Of a stretch of 64,000 nt of DNA, positions 32,399-42,807 are shown in pieces. The stretch's first letter is position 1; the number at the start of each line of letters is the position of its first letter. The position numbers and the translations under genes are program-made. Source of the stretch: an uncultured virus (IMG/VR IMGVR_UViG_3300029998_000015) (taxonomy: Duplodnaviria > Heunggongvirae > Uroviricota > Caudoviricetes); the IMG/VR virus record IMGVR_UViG_3300029998_000015, one strand, 5' to 3'. The notes below the pieces were generated by a model, which did not search any database, was not told where the DNA came from, and saw only the letters and a program-made list of their open reading frames with translations.

Positions 32399-33181
32399 TT
32401 AATTTTTCATAAATATATCAAATTCATTCATAATATCGCTAGAATGATTTTTTAAAATAAAAATTCTAAGATTAGTATTAAATTTATTTGAAATATATTC
32501 TTTAAATTTTGTCATTTTGTTTCCTAACTCTTTACCTTTTAATTCTGGATAGTTATTCATTATTATATTTCCATTGAACTTTTTAGAAATTTCTTTATTC
32601 TCAAGTTCAATTTCATCATATTCTTTTATTTCTATTCTGATATTAGACAAATCTCGAACAGACTTACAATTCAAGTCTGTTCCGCCAAAATCTGCTGTGT
32701 CAAATTTCATCAAGTCATTAAAATATTTATGATTTAGAATATCAATTTTATTTTGTATTCTAAAGTTATCTAAATATTTAATTTTCATATGATTCTCAAC
32801 TATATAATAAATTAATTTATAATCTCCTCCCATTTCTTTAACAAAATTTGATTGATCATCTAACATTTCACAAGAAACATATTCATGTCCAGGTGAAATC
32901 CACGAATTTTTTTCCTCACTCCACTCAGTAGTACTAGCTTTTCCTAAATCATGATATAATCCTGCTAAATCTAAATTTATATCATGATACTTATCATGTA
33001 AGCGATTAACAACTAATCTGATATGAGTGTATGCGTCACCTTCACTGTGCCACAATTCACTTTGATTAACTCCTTTTGTTGCATCAATTAAATCTTTCAA
33101 TTCTTTTGGAGCAAGTTCATATAGATATGTAAAATAATCTAAATATGAATTATCATTAAATTTATCAAATTTTTTTATCAT
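32399..33181 (-). CDS. HD-domain phosphohydrolase (CCA-enzyme/poly(A) polymerase C-terminal-like)
   Basis: WHSEGDAYTH, AGLYHDLGK, GHE, NHM, LKGKELG motifs. Confidence 0.8.
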   Translation of the reverse strand: MIKKFDKFNDNSYLDYFTYLYELAPKELKDLIDATKGVNQSELWHSEGDAYTHIRLVVNRLHDKYHDINLDLAGLYHDLGKASTTEWSEEKNSWISPGHEYVSCEMLDDQSNFVKEMGGDYKLIYYIVENHMKIKYLDNFRIQNKIDILNHKYFNDLMKFDTADFGGTDLNCKSVRDLSNIRIEIKEYDEIELENKEISKKFNGNIIMNNYPELKGKELGNKMTKFKEYISNKFNTNLRIFILKNHSSDIMNEFDIFMKN

Positions 33182-33198
33182 TAAGAATAATATTTAAA

Positions 33199-33687
33199 TT
33201 AGTTATTTTGTATTTTCGCTCTAATATCTTGTATAATATCAGAAGTAGCTTTTCTTGCGTCTAATGCTCTATTTTCAGCACTTTCATAATTTGGATAACT
33301 ATTCAATCTATTAAGAAGAACATTCAAAAATAGAGCATTTAAATGACTATAATAGTCTTCTTTAAATTTTTCTTTGATGTTAAGATTTGGTTTTAATATT
33401 TCTTCTTTTAAATTTATAACCACTGAATTAACATAAGGTAGCTCCATTATTCTATCAACTTCTATATTTCCTAAATCATAATAATCAAATTTATCATTAA
33501 TTATCACAGGTTCTTTATATGGATTCAATATTGTCAATTCATTAATAAGTCTATCAGCAAGTTTAACTGAAAATACTACATAATCATCAATAACCTCATT
33601 CGTTGAATTTATTGATATTTTACCTGATGACACATATGAGTTCAATATAGTTAAAGACGTGTCTAATCTTTTTTCAAATTTTGTCAT
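33199..33687 (-). CDS. Hypothetical protein
   Basis: 162 aa; SVKLADRLINEL helix; TATATA motif upstream. Confidence 0.65.
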   Translation of the reverse strand: MTKFEKRLDTSLTILNSYVSSGKISINSTNEVIDDYVVFSVKLADRLINELTILNPYKEPVIINDKFDYYDLGNIEVDRIMELPYVNSVVINLKEEILKPNLNIKEKFKEDYYSHLNALFLNVLLNRLNSYPNYESAENRALDARKATSDIIQDIRAKIQNN

Positions 33688-33734
33688 GTATATTTTATTT
33701 GTTTAGATTTATATATAAAATATAACAATGAAGT

Positions 33735-34466
33735 TTATTTTAAATTTAAAATAAAATTAATTTCTTTCTTATAAAAAATGTTTATAATAAACGATGATAT
33801 CTTAGCATAATTTCTTTCATCTGGTTGTCCCCAATGATTATTACCTTTAATTTTATTTATAACTTCATCAATATCAGATTTCATATTAAGTGGGTTTTCA
33901 CTTTTCTTTAATCTTTTTATTGCATTTTTAAAAGTACTGATATCGTGCTTTACCATTGTGTGTATTGGAACAATACAACTATAGCTATAATCTCCAGTTT
34001 TCTTCCAAAATTCAAATTTCCAACCAATTAATCTTGGCATTTCACGTTTATTATTTGGATATTTATATCCATATCTTTTTGGAATAATATCAATTTTATA
34101 TTTAAAAATATTAATTATAATAGTTCTCTTTTTTACAGCATCACAGCCTTTTTTGTAATAGTAATTCCATGAATTTTTTGCAAATGTATTACCATTTTCG
34201 CACAATTCTTTTATTCTTGAATTAACCATTGAATAAGTAACATCAGGTGGAAAAAAATCTCTGTTAGTATATAAATCACCATCTTGAATCCAAGTCAAAC
34301 CATATTCAGATGCTAAACATTTTTTATTTACACATTGATAACCATCTTTTAGAGATGGAGTTCCGCCATCACATGATACATGATCTTGAATATCTTCATA
34401 ATTATCACGATGAGTAACTTTTAACTCAGAACCACAAACAGGACAGTAAATTTTGTTATCTTCCAT
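33735..34466 (-). CDS. Zn-ribbon-containing phage protein
   Basis: CPVC...CxxxxC; start moved to ATG 34466 because TTG 34496 overlaps the -7 element. Confidence 0.65.
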   Translation of the reverse strand: MEDNKIYCPVCGSELKVTHRDNYEDIQDHVSCDGGTPSLKDGYQCVNKKCLASEYGLTWIQDGDLYTNRDFFPPDVTYSMVNSRIKELCENGNTFAKNSWNYYYKKGCDAVKKRTIIINIFKYKIDIIPKRYGYKYPNNKREMPRLIGWKFEFWKKTGDYSYSCIVPIHTMVKHDISTFKNAIKRLKKSENPLNMKSDIDEVINKIKGNNHWGQPDERNYAKISSFIINIFYKKEINFILNLK

Positions 34467-34493
34467 AATATTTGAATGTTTAATTATCAAGTG

Positions 34494-34501
34494 CAAAGGT
34501 A
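34494..34501 (-). promoter_or_regulatory. Bacteroidota -7 element TACCTTTG
   Basis: caaaggta on + strand. Confidence 0.7.
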
Positions 34502-34503
34502 AT

Positions 34504-34541
34504 AAAAATAGCTGATTTATATATAAATAAATCAGCTATTT
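34504..34541 (-). terminator. Intrinsic terminator abutting next promoter
   Basis: aaatagctgattta/taaatcagctattt stem. Confidence 0.75.
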
Positions 34542-34714
34542 AACTTTTTTTACAATTTATTAAAGTAAATTTTTCCAAGATTTATCTTTCCTGTTGTATT
34601 CATTTTTTTCGGTATAAGTCTTAGTCATCATTTTACGTCTGACAATTTGTGCAGCATGTCTAAATGATAAACCATTTACGGTTTCTGTGTTTTGCTTATT
34701 TGTTTTCATGATTA

Positions 34715-34909
34715 CTATATAATTTCTATATTTATAATATCTTTCATTGGATATTTAATTCTTATTGTGTTGTCTTGTTCTAAATGTCCAACAACAATTA
34801 AGAATTTTTTATTTACATAACAACCCTTTGCGTTATACTCATATCCATAAGGAGTTGGATAACTTGTGGTTTCTGATATTTTTATTTTTATTCCTTTAAA
34901 GATTGTCAT
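34715..34909 (-). CDS. Hypothetical protein
   Basis: 64-aa coupled ORF. Confidence 0.55.
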   Translation of the reverse strand: MTIFKGIKIKISETTSYPTPYGYEYNAKGCYVNKKFLIVVGHLEQDNTIRIKYPMKDIINIEII

Positions 34910-35620
34910 GATTTTATTTTTTTGAGTTTTTCTTTTCTTATTTGAGATATTATATCTGATAATTTAATTTTAATAATTTTAATATAACAAACTTCACCGC
35001 CGTATTGTTTTTTATTTAAATGTAAATACACTGAAACTTCAGTATTTTCTTCTATGTGAAAATCATAATCATAAATATGTTTATAATCAGATACAATATC
35101 TAAACGAACTTTATTATGTTTGACATAATGTATAACATCATCAAGATATATCATTTTATATTTTTTGATATTTCTATAAGTTTTTCTTTTCTTAAAATAA
35201 TATTAGCTTTATAATAAAAACTTTTTATAACAGTTCTTTCTCTGTTATAATAATCAATGTCAAATTTTTTATCATAAAGAATATTTTTAAATTCATTTTT
35301 ACTCATTGAATTATATACGCAATCAAAATCAATTCTATTCATATATAATTTATATGCAATATCGTCTAATTTATTTGATGTTATCATAATTTAATATTTT
35401 CTATTTCAATTAATTTTAATTTTCTTATTGTAATTTTTGCGTTATCATAAATTTTTTTAACATCGTCATAAGATGTTCCTCCCCAACTACATTTCTTATA
35501 ATAAATATAATGAAACGAAAATAATGATAAAGGATCATATGTTTTAGAAATATAATTATCAGTATATAATTCATATGCAATATTATCCAATTTAGTTAGA
35601 TTGGTTAGAGATGTTATCAT
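34906..35620 (-). other. Three RKxKL-tagged ORFs (34906-35154; DxIAY family 35151-35387 and 35384-35620)
   Basis: IRKEKLKKI, LRKEKLIEI, IRKLKLIEI. Confidence 0.8.
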
Positions 35621-35868
35621 AAATTAATAGTTTTTGTTTTATATTTAATACTACCATTTTTATATGTGTATTTATATGTATTGATATACTTTTTTCCTAT
35701 TACATCACCTTTATCATTTGTGATTGATAATTCATCTTTACTAATTTCTTCAATTGATTCTGCTGAATAGTCTCCATGTATATATTTAATAACAATAAGT
35801 AATAATACCATCATCACAAACATAAATATCATTTCAATATAATCGCTTGTATTATAAATTGCTTCCAT
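35617..35868 (-). CDS. Single-TM membrane protein
   Basis: N-terminal hydrophobic helix. Confidence 0.55.
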   Translation of the reverse strand: MEAIYNTSDYIEMIFMFVMMVLLLIVIKYIHGDYSAESIEEISKDELSITNDKGDVIGKKYINTYKYTYKNGSIKYKTKTINL

Positions 35869-35897
35869 ATCATATAAATTTATAATTATTATAAATA

Positions 35898-35905
35898 CAA
35901 AGATA
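35898..35905 (-). promoter_or_regulatory. Bacteroidota -7 element TATCTTTG
   Basis: caaagata ~30 nt upstream of ATG 35868. Confidence 0.7.
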
Positions 35906-35955
35906 ACGCTATTTATTTAATTATACACAAAAAAAGAAAGTAATTAAATTACTTT

Positions 35956-36150
35956 CTATTTTTTTACATAAAGATTACAATAGCACTTATCATATAATCT
36001 AAAATTTTTACAAGGACATATTGTATCATGTAATGAAACATCAGGTTGAGAAAATGTACAATATCCAAAATTTCTTTCTAAATTGGTTCTTATTAAGATT
36101 ACTAATTTTTCATTTTGATTTAAAATCATTCCTTTTTTTTCTAAATCCAT
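35956..36150 (-). CDS. Ferredoxin-thioredoxin reductase catalytic-subunit-like small protein
   Basis: GYC...ICPC...CYCNLY pattern (first CPC motif altered to CTF). Confidence 0.65.
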   Translation of the reverse strand: MDLEKKGMILNQNEKLVILIRTNLERNFGYCTFSQPDVSLHDTICPCKNFRLYDKCYCNLYVKK

Positions 36151-36181
36151 TTTATATAAGTCATTATTTTCGACTTATATA

Positions 36182-36613
36182 TTATAAATTTTTTATCATA
36201 TTTTTCTTAACTTCTTCTGATACAAATTTACCGTCAGATGTAGGATATTTCAATTTGACTTCTTTTATATAAGAGCCCATATTGCCACCTCCCTTAGAAA
36301 TAACTTCAATTACATATGCTAAAATATCTTCTTTTGATGATTCTTTTGGTAAAAATTTACTCAAAAAATTAATTTCTTCTTGCTCTTTAATAGCTAAATC
36401 ATTACGATTTGCTTCATTATATTTTTCAACTGAATCTTTACGTTGTTTTATCATTTTTATGATAATTTTTGTTTCATCTGAATCTGTTAGTTTAGTAGCA
36501 TTTACTGAATTTTCAAAATTAACTATTTCAGTTTTCATCAATCTTAATACACCTAATTCAAATGTATTTCTTGCGAGCATTGCCTTTTTTATTAGGCATA
36601 ATAAGTCTATCAT
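36182..36613 (-). CDS. yqeY: GatB/YqeY domain protein
   Basis: KKAMLAR...LRLMK...KMIKQRKDSVEKY...RNDLAxKEQEEI...FLP; MG...DGK. Confidence 0.9.
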   Translation of the reverse strand: MIDLLCLIKKAMLARNTFELGVLRLMKTEIVNFENSVNATKLTDSDETKIIIKMIKQRKDSVEKYNEANRNDLAIKEQEEINFLSKFLPKESSKEDILAYVIEVISKGGGNMGSYIKEVKLKYPTSDGKFVSEEVKKNMIKNL

Positions 36614-36619
36614 ATTTAT

Positions 36620-36868
36620 TTATTTTTTTACAGTTTCAATTAACTGAACTTCTTTATTTTTAATTTTTTTTTCATCTTTAATTTTCATCAATGCAAATTT
36701 GCTACTGCATGAAATATTACCTGTAGTTACAATTTGAAAAAATTCATAATCTGGATTTTCTGTTTCTAATATTTCAATTACTTTTAAGCACATATCAGGT
36801 ACCCACCAAGCAATACGGTGTCCACTATTATCTTTTTCTGGAATTTCTAATGCAATATATTTATCCAT
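36620..36868 (-). CDS. Hypothetical protein
   Basis: 82-aa ORF. Confidence 0.55.
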   Translation of the reverse strand: MDKYIALEIPEKDNSGHRIAWWVPDMCLKVIEILETENPDYEFFQIVTTGNISCSSKFALMKIKDEKKIKNKEVQLIETVKK

Positions 36869-36901
36869 ACAAATAGTTATTTAAATTGATTATAAAAAAT
36901 A

Positions 36902-37288
36902 TTAAACTGCTTTTTCTGACTGGTTTAAATTCCAAACTCTAACTAATTCATTATATTTATCATCAGGTAAAAATCCTTTTAAATACGTGTGATGACCTAC
37001 ACATGATGCTTCATATATTTTACTATTCATCATGCCTACCCACTCATCATATACCCAATAATAATCTTCTACTCCATCAACAACATCAACAAGTCTAACA
37101 ACTTTAGATAAGTCAATAACTAATTCGTTTTTGTGTAATTCAATTTCATTATTAAATCTATTAACTTTATCAATTGAGTCTTGAGCTAATTCAGAACGGG
37201 TTTCATGAATCCATTGATTAAAAGGTAATCCTGTTTCATTTAATAAGCACTCTCTTAGAGAACTTTCATATTTTTCTAATTCTATCAT
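36902..37288 (-). CDS. Hypothetical phage protein
   Basis: DYYWVY...SCVG...VWNLN pattern. Confidence 0.65.
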   Translation of the reverse strand: MIELEKYESSLRECLLNETGLPFNQWIHETRSELAQDSIDKVNRFNNEIELHKNELVIDLSKVVRLVDVVDGVEDYYWVYDEWVGMMNSKIYEASCVGHHTYLKGFLPDDKYNELVRVWNLNQSEKAV

Positions 37289-37289
37289 C

Positions 37290-37673
37290 TTATTTTATTT
37301 TACTTATATCAAAAGTTTTCATTTTGTTTCTTTTATTTCCAATTTCAGGATAATACACTCCTACCCAATTACTATTATGATATTCATCATAATCAGATAA
37401 TATTCTATTAAATTCTGAACAGTCATCATATAAATCTGTTTTCATTTTAAATGGAATAGAATCATGAGATGTTGTGTAATTATACAACTCAAGTAATTCG
37501 TTATATTTTTTAACTTCAGGATTGCTACTAGATCTAATAGCACCTAATCCAATTGTCAAATTAAATATCAATAATATTATACTAAATAAAGTCAAATACC
37601 AAGTATCTTCAATGAAGAATGGAATACAAAACAACAAGATTGAAATGAACAATAGAATATAAAATATTAGCAT
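37290..37673 (-). CDS. Membrane protein, 2 TM
   Basis: Hydrophobic N-terminus. Confidence 0.65.
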   Translation of the reverse strand: MLIFYILLFISILLFCIPFFIEDTWYLTLFSIILLIFNLTIGLGAIRSSSNPEVKKYNELLELYNYTTSHDSIPFKMKTDLYDDCSEFNRILSDYDEYHNSNWVGVYYPEIGNKRNKMKTFDISKIK

Positions 37674-37696
37674 TTTTATTTTTTTAAAGATTTATA

Positions 37697-37966
37697 TTAA
37701 TCTACACTTTTCATAATATCAAAAAGTTCAAGATAACTAAGTTCATTTACAATAACTCCATTATAATAGATATCAAACTCATAAAAAGGACAAGCATCTG
37801 ATTCTCCATCAACAATAGAATCACCCTTAAATAATCCTACTGTGTTCATAACCGTGTCGTTAATTTTAATTTCGCAATAAGTTTCAACACACTTAACTTC
37901 AGTTCCTTTTGTAAACCATTCACCTTTAGAAATGAATATAAATTTATTCCAATCAACTTTTCTCAT
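37697..37966 (-). CDS. Hypothetical phage protein
   Basis: EWFTKGTEV...DGESDACPFYEF. Confidence 0.6.
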   Translation of the reverse strand: MRKVDWNKFIFISKGEWFTKGTEVKCVETYCEIKINDTVMNTVGLFKGDSIVDGESDACPFYEFDIYYNGVIVNELSYLELFDIMKSVD

Positions 37967-37996
37967 ATAGTATTTGTTTTAATAAGTATTTATATA

Positions 37997-38004
37997 CAAA
38001 GATA
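37997..38004 (-). promoter_or_regulatory. Bacteroidota -7 element TATCTTTG
   Basis: caaagata ~30 nt upstream of ATG 37966. Confidence 0.7.
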
Positions 38005-38056
38005 ATAATAATATTTGAAATAAAAAAATATTTCAGAATAAATATATAAAAATAAA

Positions 38057-38773
38057 ATGAGATTCCAAAAACTAATTACAATTTTAATATTTTCAATATT
38101 TATTGTTAATATTTCATATTCACAAATTAACATAACAACTGATGTTGTAAGTAGATATATTTACAGAGGAAATAATTCTGGCGGAAATAGTGCTCACATA
38201 GAACCAACAATAAATTATAATATAAATAAATCATTTCAAATTAGCGCGTTTTCTACATATGGTATTAGTAATAATTATGAAGAAATAGATTTATCAGTTA
38301 AATATACAATAAAAAAATTATCGATATCATTGAGTGATAATTACAATCCAATAAGTAGTGATGGTAAGGAAACATCATCTAATATTAATATTTTAAATTA
38401 TAATACAAATTCAACTACTCACCAAATAGAAGTCATATTGAATTACACTATAAGTGATAAAGTTCCATTGTCATTTACAGTAGAAAGTTATTTTTATGGT
38501 AATGATAAAAATTCTAATAATTCAAATTATTATTCTACTTATTTAGAAGTTGCATACTCAACTAATATAAATGATTATACAATAAATACATTTGCTGGAA
38601 TGACACCGAAACAGGGTATGTTTGGGTATAAGACTGGATTTATGAATATTGGAATGAAAGTAAATAAATCAATAAAAATCACAAACAATTATAAGATACC
38701 TGTTTATGAAGTTTTATATTTAAATACTATATCGCAAAAATTATATTTTGTAATTGGAGTAACAATATATTAA
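38057..38773 (+). CDS. Outer-membrane beta-barrel protein (Bacteroidota conserved-hypothetical/TorF-like)
   Basis: Signal peptide ending SYSQ; DVVSRYIYRG...P; EIDL; amphipathic strands; aromatic C-terminus YFVIGVTIY. Confidence 0.7.
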   Translation: MRFQKLITILIFSIFIVNISYSQINITTDVVSRYIYRGNNSGGNSAHIEPTINYNINKSFQISAFSTYGISNNYEEIDLSVKYTIKKLSISLSDNYNPISSDGKETSSNINILNYNTNSTTHQIEVILNYTISDKVPLSFTVESYFYGNDKNSNNSNYYSTYLEVAYSTNINDYTINTFAGMTPKQGMFGYKTGFMNIGMKVNKSIKITNNYKIPVYEVLYLNTISQKLYFVIGVTIY

Positions 38774-39225
38774 TTATTCAAATCGATAGTATTATATGCT
38801 TTTGAATACCACTTAATAAATTCAGTCACAACCATATAAACAGCTTCTAATTTTGATTCTACTTTTATTTTTTCTGGTGATTCTAAAAAGCAGCCTACAA
38901 TTATTCTAAATTCACATTCATAGTGGTCATTATAATGTGAATATATAACGTGTCTTGATGTTATATCAACTGATTCTTTATTTTTTTCAGTTTCAAATAC
39001 ACTTTCAATATTTTCAACAACAGGCATTATATTTTTCCAAGATTTATAATTTAACCAATTTATACCAGAATGAGTATAATCTATTGAACCTTCATTATCT
39101 TCTGCAATATACATTCCTAAAAAACCATCTCTATTAATATATGAAAACACATTTTCAACTTTCATGAAATCAGATATCCTTTTTTCATTTTCAATTATTT
39201 CATCTTGATTATCTAAGCCTACCAT
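38770..39225 (-). CDS. Hypothetical phage protein
   Basis: SWxxIMPVVExIE...AVYxxVxEFIKWY pattern. Confidence 0.65.
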   Translation of the reverse strand: MVGLDNQDEIIENEKRISDFMKVENVFSYINRDGFLGMYIAEDNEGSIDYTHSGINWLNYKSWKNIMPVVENIESVFETEKNKESVDITSRHVIYSHYNDHYECEFRIIVGCFLESPEKIKVESKLEAVYMVVTEFIKWYSKAYNTIDLNN

Positions 39226-39244
39226 TATTTTATTTTATTTTATT

Positions 39245-39550
39245 TTATTTTATTTTATTAAAGTCTAATTCTATTAATTCTCCATTATCCATATAATTTT
39301 TAAATTCTTTACTGCTATAATATTCTTTACATGTCATTCCTAATTGAGATTTGCATAATATAACAAAAACATTATCTCTGAAGACAGTATCATTGAATCC
39401 CCATTCAATTGCTAATGATTTTTCATGAGAAGGTAGATTTGTAAATAATTCAAACATAATATCTTGGTTTGAACTAATTGGAAAATCATCAATGTAAAAA
39501 TTACCATCATCTTCACATATTTCATCATATTGTTCTCTATTTATTTTCAT
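39245..39550 (-). CDS. Hypothetical phage protein
   Basis: WGFNDTVFRD motif. Confidence 0.65.
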   Translation of the reverse strand: MKINREQYDEICEDDGNFYIDDFPISSNQDIMFELFTNLPSHEKSLAIEWGFNDTVFRDNVFVILCKSQLGMTCKEYYSSKEFKNYMDNGELIELDFNKIK

Positions 39551-41403
39551 AATCTTTTAATTTTTTTAATTTTTTATTTCGTAATCTATCGTTAGCTTTT
39601 TTATAATATTCATTATAAATATCAAATACATCATGACAAACAACAAATAATTTTATACTTAAATATTTTTCATTATTTAAAAATAATTCATATGCAGTAT
39701 TTTCTATTTCGGTGTATTTATTTCCAACTTCTTGCATTGTTTATTTCTTCAATTTTTTCTTTTCTTAGTATATTTAAAGCTATCTTATATGCTCTAGTTA
39801 TTTTATCAATTTTATATTTAGAATGAATATTAATAAGAATTTTTTGATCTGTAGGATTTTTTCTTGATTCATCATCTTCCATTTCATTTAAATATAATTG
39901 ATAAACTATATCATCTAATATAGTAGAATAATCAGACCATTTTCCTATATCTTTAGTAAATTTCATTTAATTTTATAATTTTTCTTTTTCTAATAATTGA
40001 GATAGCTTTTATATAATATTTTTCGTAATATTTTTCGTAGTTTTCTTCAAGTACACTATCAATAAGGAAAGAATTAAAGCATAGATACACAGTATCATTG
40101 CCAAAAGAAAGCTTAATATCAGAAATATAATACTTATATGCAATGTCATCTATATTTTCAATTTTTTTCTTAATTTTGAACATTTATTAATTTTTCTAAT
40201 TTTAGTTTTCTTATATATTTTTCTAACTTATAATAATACTCATAAAAAGTTTCTTTATTATTTATAAAATATGATTTATTTAAAATATAAACATACTCTC
40301 CATATGTATCATATTGATAATTTTCATATTCTGTATATGCTAAATTATCAATATCACTAATATTATTAATTATCATAATATATTAAGGTTTTCTAATTTC
40401 TTTTTTCTTAGATGTTTTTCTACATTATTGTAATATTCAGGAAAACAATCTTTGTGAAATATAAAAAAATTTTTAGTGAAAACTGATGCGCCTTTTTCAT
40501 ACTTTTCATAATATTCTTTTTCATATATTTCATATGCTAAATTATCAATCTCACTATTATTTATTGTCATAAAATGTTAAGTTTTTCTAATTTATTTTTT
40601 CTTAAATGATTTTTTGCTTTATCATAATATTCACTAAAACTACCTTTATAATATATAAAAAATTCAATAGATATAAAAGATGAACTTATGTAAAATTTTT
40701 TAATTTGTTCTTTGTCACAGCATTCTTCTATATACAATTCATAAGCAGAATTGTCAATATCACTAATATCATCAATATCAATAGTATAATCAATTTTCAT
40801 AAAATATTAAGTTTTTCTAATTTTTGTTTTCTTAAAATATTTTTTGCTGTTTTATAAAAAGAAGTCTCATGATTTTTTCCAGCTATAAATTCAGACTTAG
40901 AAGGAGGAGTAAGATATTCATACAATTTTAATGTATTAAATTCTTCTATGAATATACCATAAGCAATTTCATCAATTGTCATCTAATTTATCTAATTTTT
41001 GTTTTCTTAAATTTTTAATTGCTCTCTCATAATAATCATCTATTACATCGTGTTCATGATATGAATTAAATTTCTGTCCATAATAATGATCCATAATATA
41101 AAGTTGAGATGCAGGACACTTATCATGCCACCTGTACATATCTTTATAATCTAATAGATAATATTGATATGCTAAATTATCAGATTCAGTAATATTACTT
41201 TCAGGAGATTTATAAGGTTCCTCACTCTTTAATATTTCACCTGTAAGTAAAATTGAAAAATCATCTAGAATACTCTCTTCTTCTGATTCATCAGAATTTT
41301 CAACATCAACTTTGACTTCATTTTCTAATTCAACATCAACTTCAGTATTATTTGAAGTTTTTTTTAATTTAAATATTCCTTTTATTAATTTTTTAATCCC
41401 CAT
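39537..41403 (-). other. Tandem array of 8 DxIAY-family ORFs with RKxKL tag (39537-39737, 39718-39966, 39953-40183, 40170-40376, 40373-40570, 40567-40800, 40797-40982, 40972-41403)
   Basis: [IS]D[DNE]xAY...YYxKA...LRKxKL; overlapping genes. Confidence 0.85.
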
Positions 41404-41708
41404 AATATTTGTGTTGTTTCTTCTTCTCCATATTTTGAAGTTAAAAGTATCATAATTTTTTCATAAAATGTTTCGTAATATAATATATTTTTATGATGAA
41501 TCATAGAAGTTAAAATTCCTATTAAAATAGTATCATCATATTTTTCAATATCAATATTCTTTAATATATCATTAACAATATTTGTAGCATCTTTTAAACA
41601 CAGAAATCTAGATATGTAGCAAAAGATATAATCTAGTACATCATCAACACTTTTTATTTTTATAATAGTATCTAATTCTATTATAAATTCATATGATACA
41701 TTAATCAT
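41385..41708 (-). CDS. Hypothetical helical protein
   Basis: 107-aa ORF. Confidence 0.6.
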   Translation of the reverse strand: MINVSYEFIIELDTIIKIKSVDDVLDYIFCYISRFLCLKDATNIVNDILKNIDIEKYDDTILIGILTSMIHHKNILYYETFYEKIMILLTSKYGEEETTQILWGLKN

Positions 41709-42036
41709 ATGATTTTATTTTTAATAACTTATATTTTCTTAATAAATTTAAATCAAAATCTTCTTTAATAACAGAAAAAAATAAAATGTTATTATTATAT
41801 TCATTGAAATTTTTTCTTTTATCTAAATCACTTTTAATATCACCAATCAAATTATTTGGTAAATTTGAAATATATATTGGAAATTTAGGTGGTGAATACA
41901 TATTTACAAATGTAATATCTACATTAGGACCATCTAGCCATTTATATCCTTTAGAAAATAACTCAATTTGAATTTTTTCTAATTCTGATACATTATCTAT
42001 AGAATATAAAATATATGGTTTAGTTTTATTAATCAT
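41701..42036 (-). CDS. Hypothetical protein with RKYKL tag
   Basis: IQIELFSKGYKW...LLRKYKLLKI. Confidence 0.65.
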   Translation of the reverse strand: MINKTKPYILYSIDNVSELEKIQIELFSKGYKWLDGPNVDITFVNMYSPPKFPIYISNLPNNLIGDIKSDLDKRKNFNEYNNNILFFSVIKEDFDLNLLRKYKLLKIKSYD

Positions 42037-42052
42037 TATATTATTTTAAAAA

Positions 42053-42060
42053 CAAAGATA
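42053..42060 (-). promoter_or_regulatory. Bacteroidota -7 element TATCTTTG
   Basis: caaagata 16 nt upstream of ATG 42036. Confidence 0.7.
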
Positions 42061-42095
42061 CATAAAAAAATCAAATACTAAAAATTTAGTAGATA

Positions 42096-42284
42096 TTATT
42101 TTATACTATCTTTGACATAAACACTTATTTCATTATAATCATAATCAATTATTATTTCATACACCTTATATCTTTTATTTTTAAAGTAAATGATGTCGTC
42201 TATTCTTGGAATAATAGTTTGATACAAAATTTCATCTAATGGTGATTCAACATCATTCAACCCACCACATATTTTGATTTGCAT
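42096..42284 (-). CDS. Small beta-rich protein
   Basis: IPRIDDII...YKV. Confidence 0.55.
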   Translation of the reverse strand: MQIKICGGLNDVESPLDEILYQTIIPRIDDIIYFKNKRYKVYEIIIDYDYNEISVYVKDSIK

Positions 42285-42601
42285 AATTTATCTATTTTAT
42301 TGATTTTTTCTTTTCTAATTGTTTTTATATCATAAAACCATTTTGGAATAAATTCGGAATCAAAATAATCATTTTTAATATTATATGTAATATGAATATC
42401 TGGACTACAATTATTTGTGGTACCAGAAGTATATGAACTTATATTCACATCCACAAAAATGATATTATCTATTTTGTATTTTTCGTTTTTTATAAAAAAT
42501 GGTTTTCTAAAAAAATTATTAACAATCTTAACACCAGATTTTTTTGATACATTATCCAGATAATAATCATCTTTACATATTAAATAATCGCCTATTTGCA
42601 T
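42257..42601 (-). CDS. SH3/KOW-like ORF with RKEKI tag
   Basis: MQIGDYLICK...FYDIKTIRKEKINKI; paralog of 46781. Confidence 0.7.
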   Translation of the reverse strand: MQIGDYLICKDDYYLDNVSKKSGVKIVNNFFRKPFFIKNEKYKIDNIIFVDVNISSYTSGTTNNCSPDIHITYNIKNDYFDSEFIPKWFYDIKTIRKEKINKIDKLCKSKYVVG

Positions 42602-42807
42602 ATTTCTTCTAATTTCAATTTCCTTGTAGTTTTAATATCATATACAGGAGTTAATTTTTCATAACACGTTTCTCCTGTCATAGAGTTATTAAGATAAAAC
42701 ACGAAATCTCCATATTCATATTTAATATCAACTCTATAAGAATCAGTAGAATATTTAACGTTATATTCATTCAACAAATACAATATTTTATCTTTTCTCA
42801 TCATCAA
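42592..42807 (-). CDS. Small protein with RKLKL tag
   Basis: YDIKTTRKLKLEEI. Confidence 0.6.
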   Translation of the reverse strand: MMMRKDKILYLLNEYNVKYSTDSYRVDIKYEYGDFVFYLNNSMTGETCYEKLTPVYDIKTTRKLKLEEICK

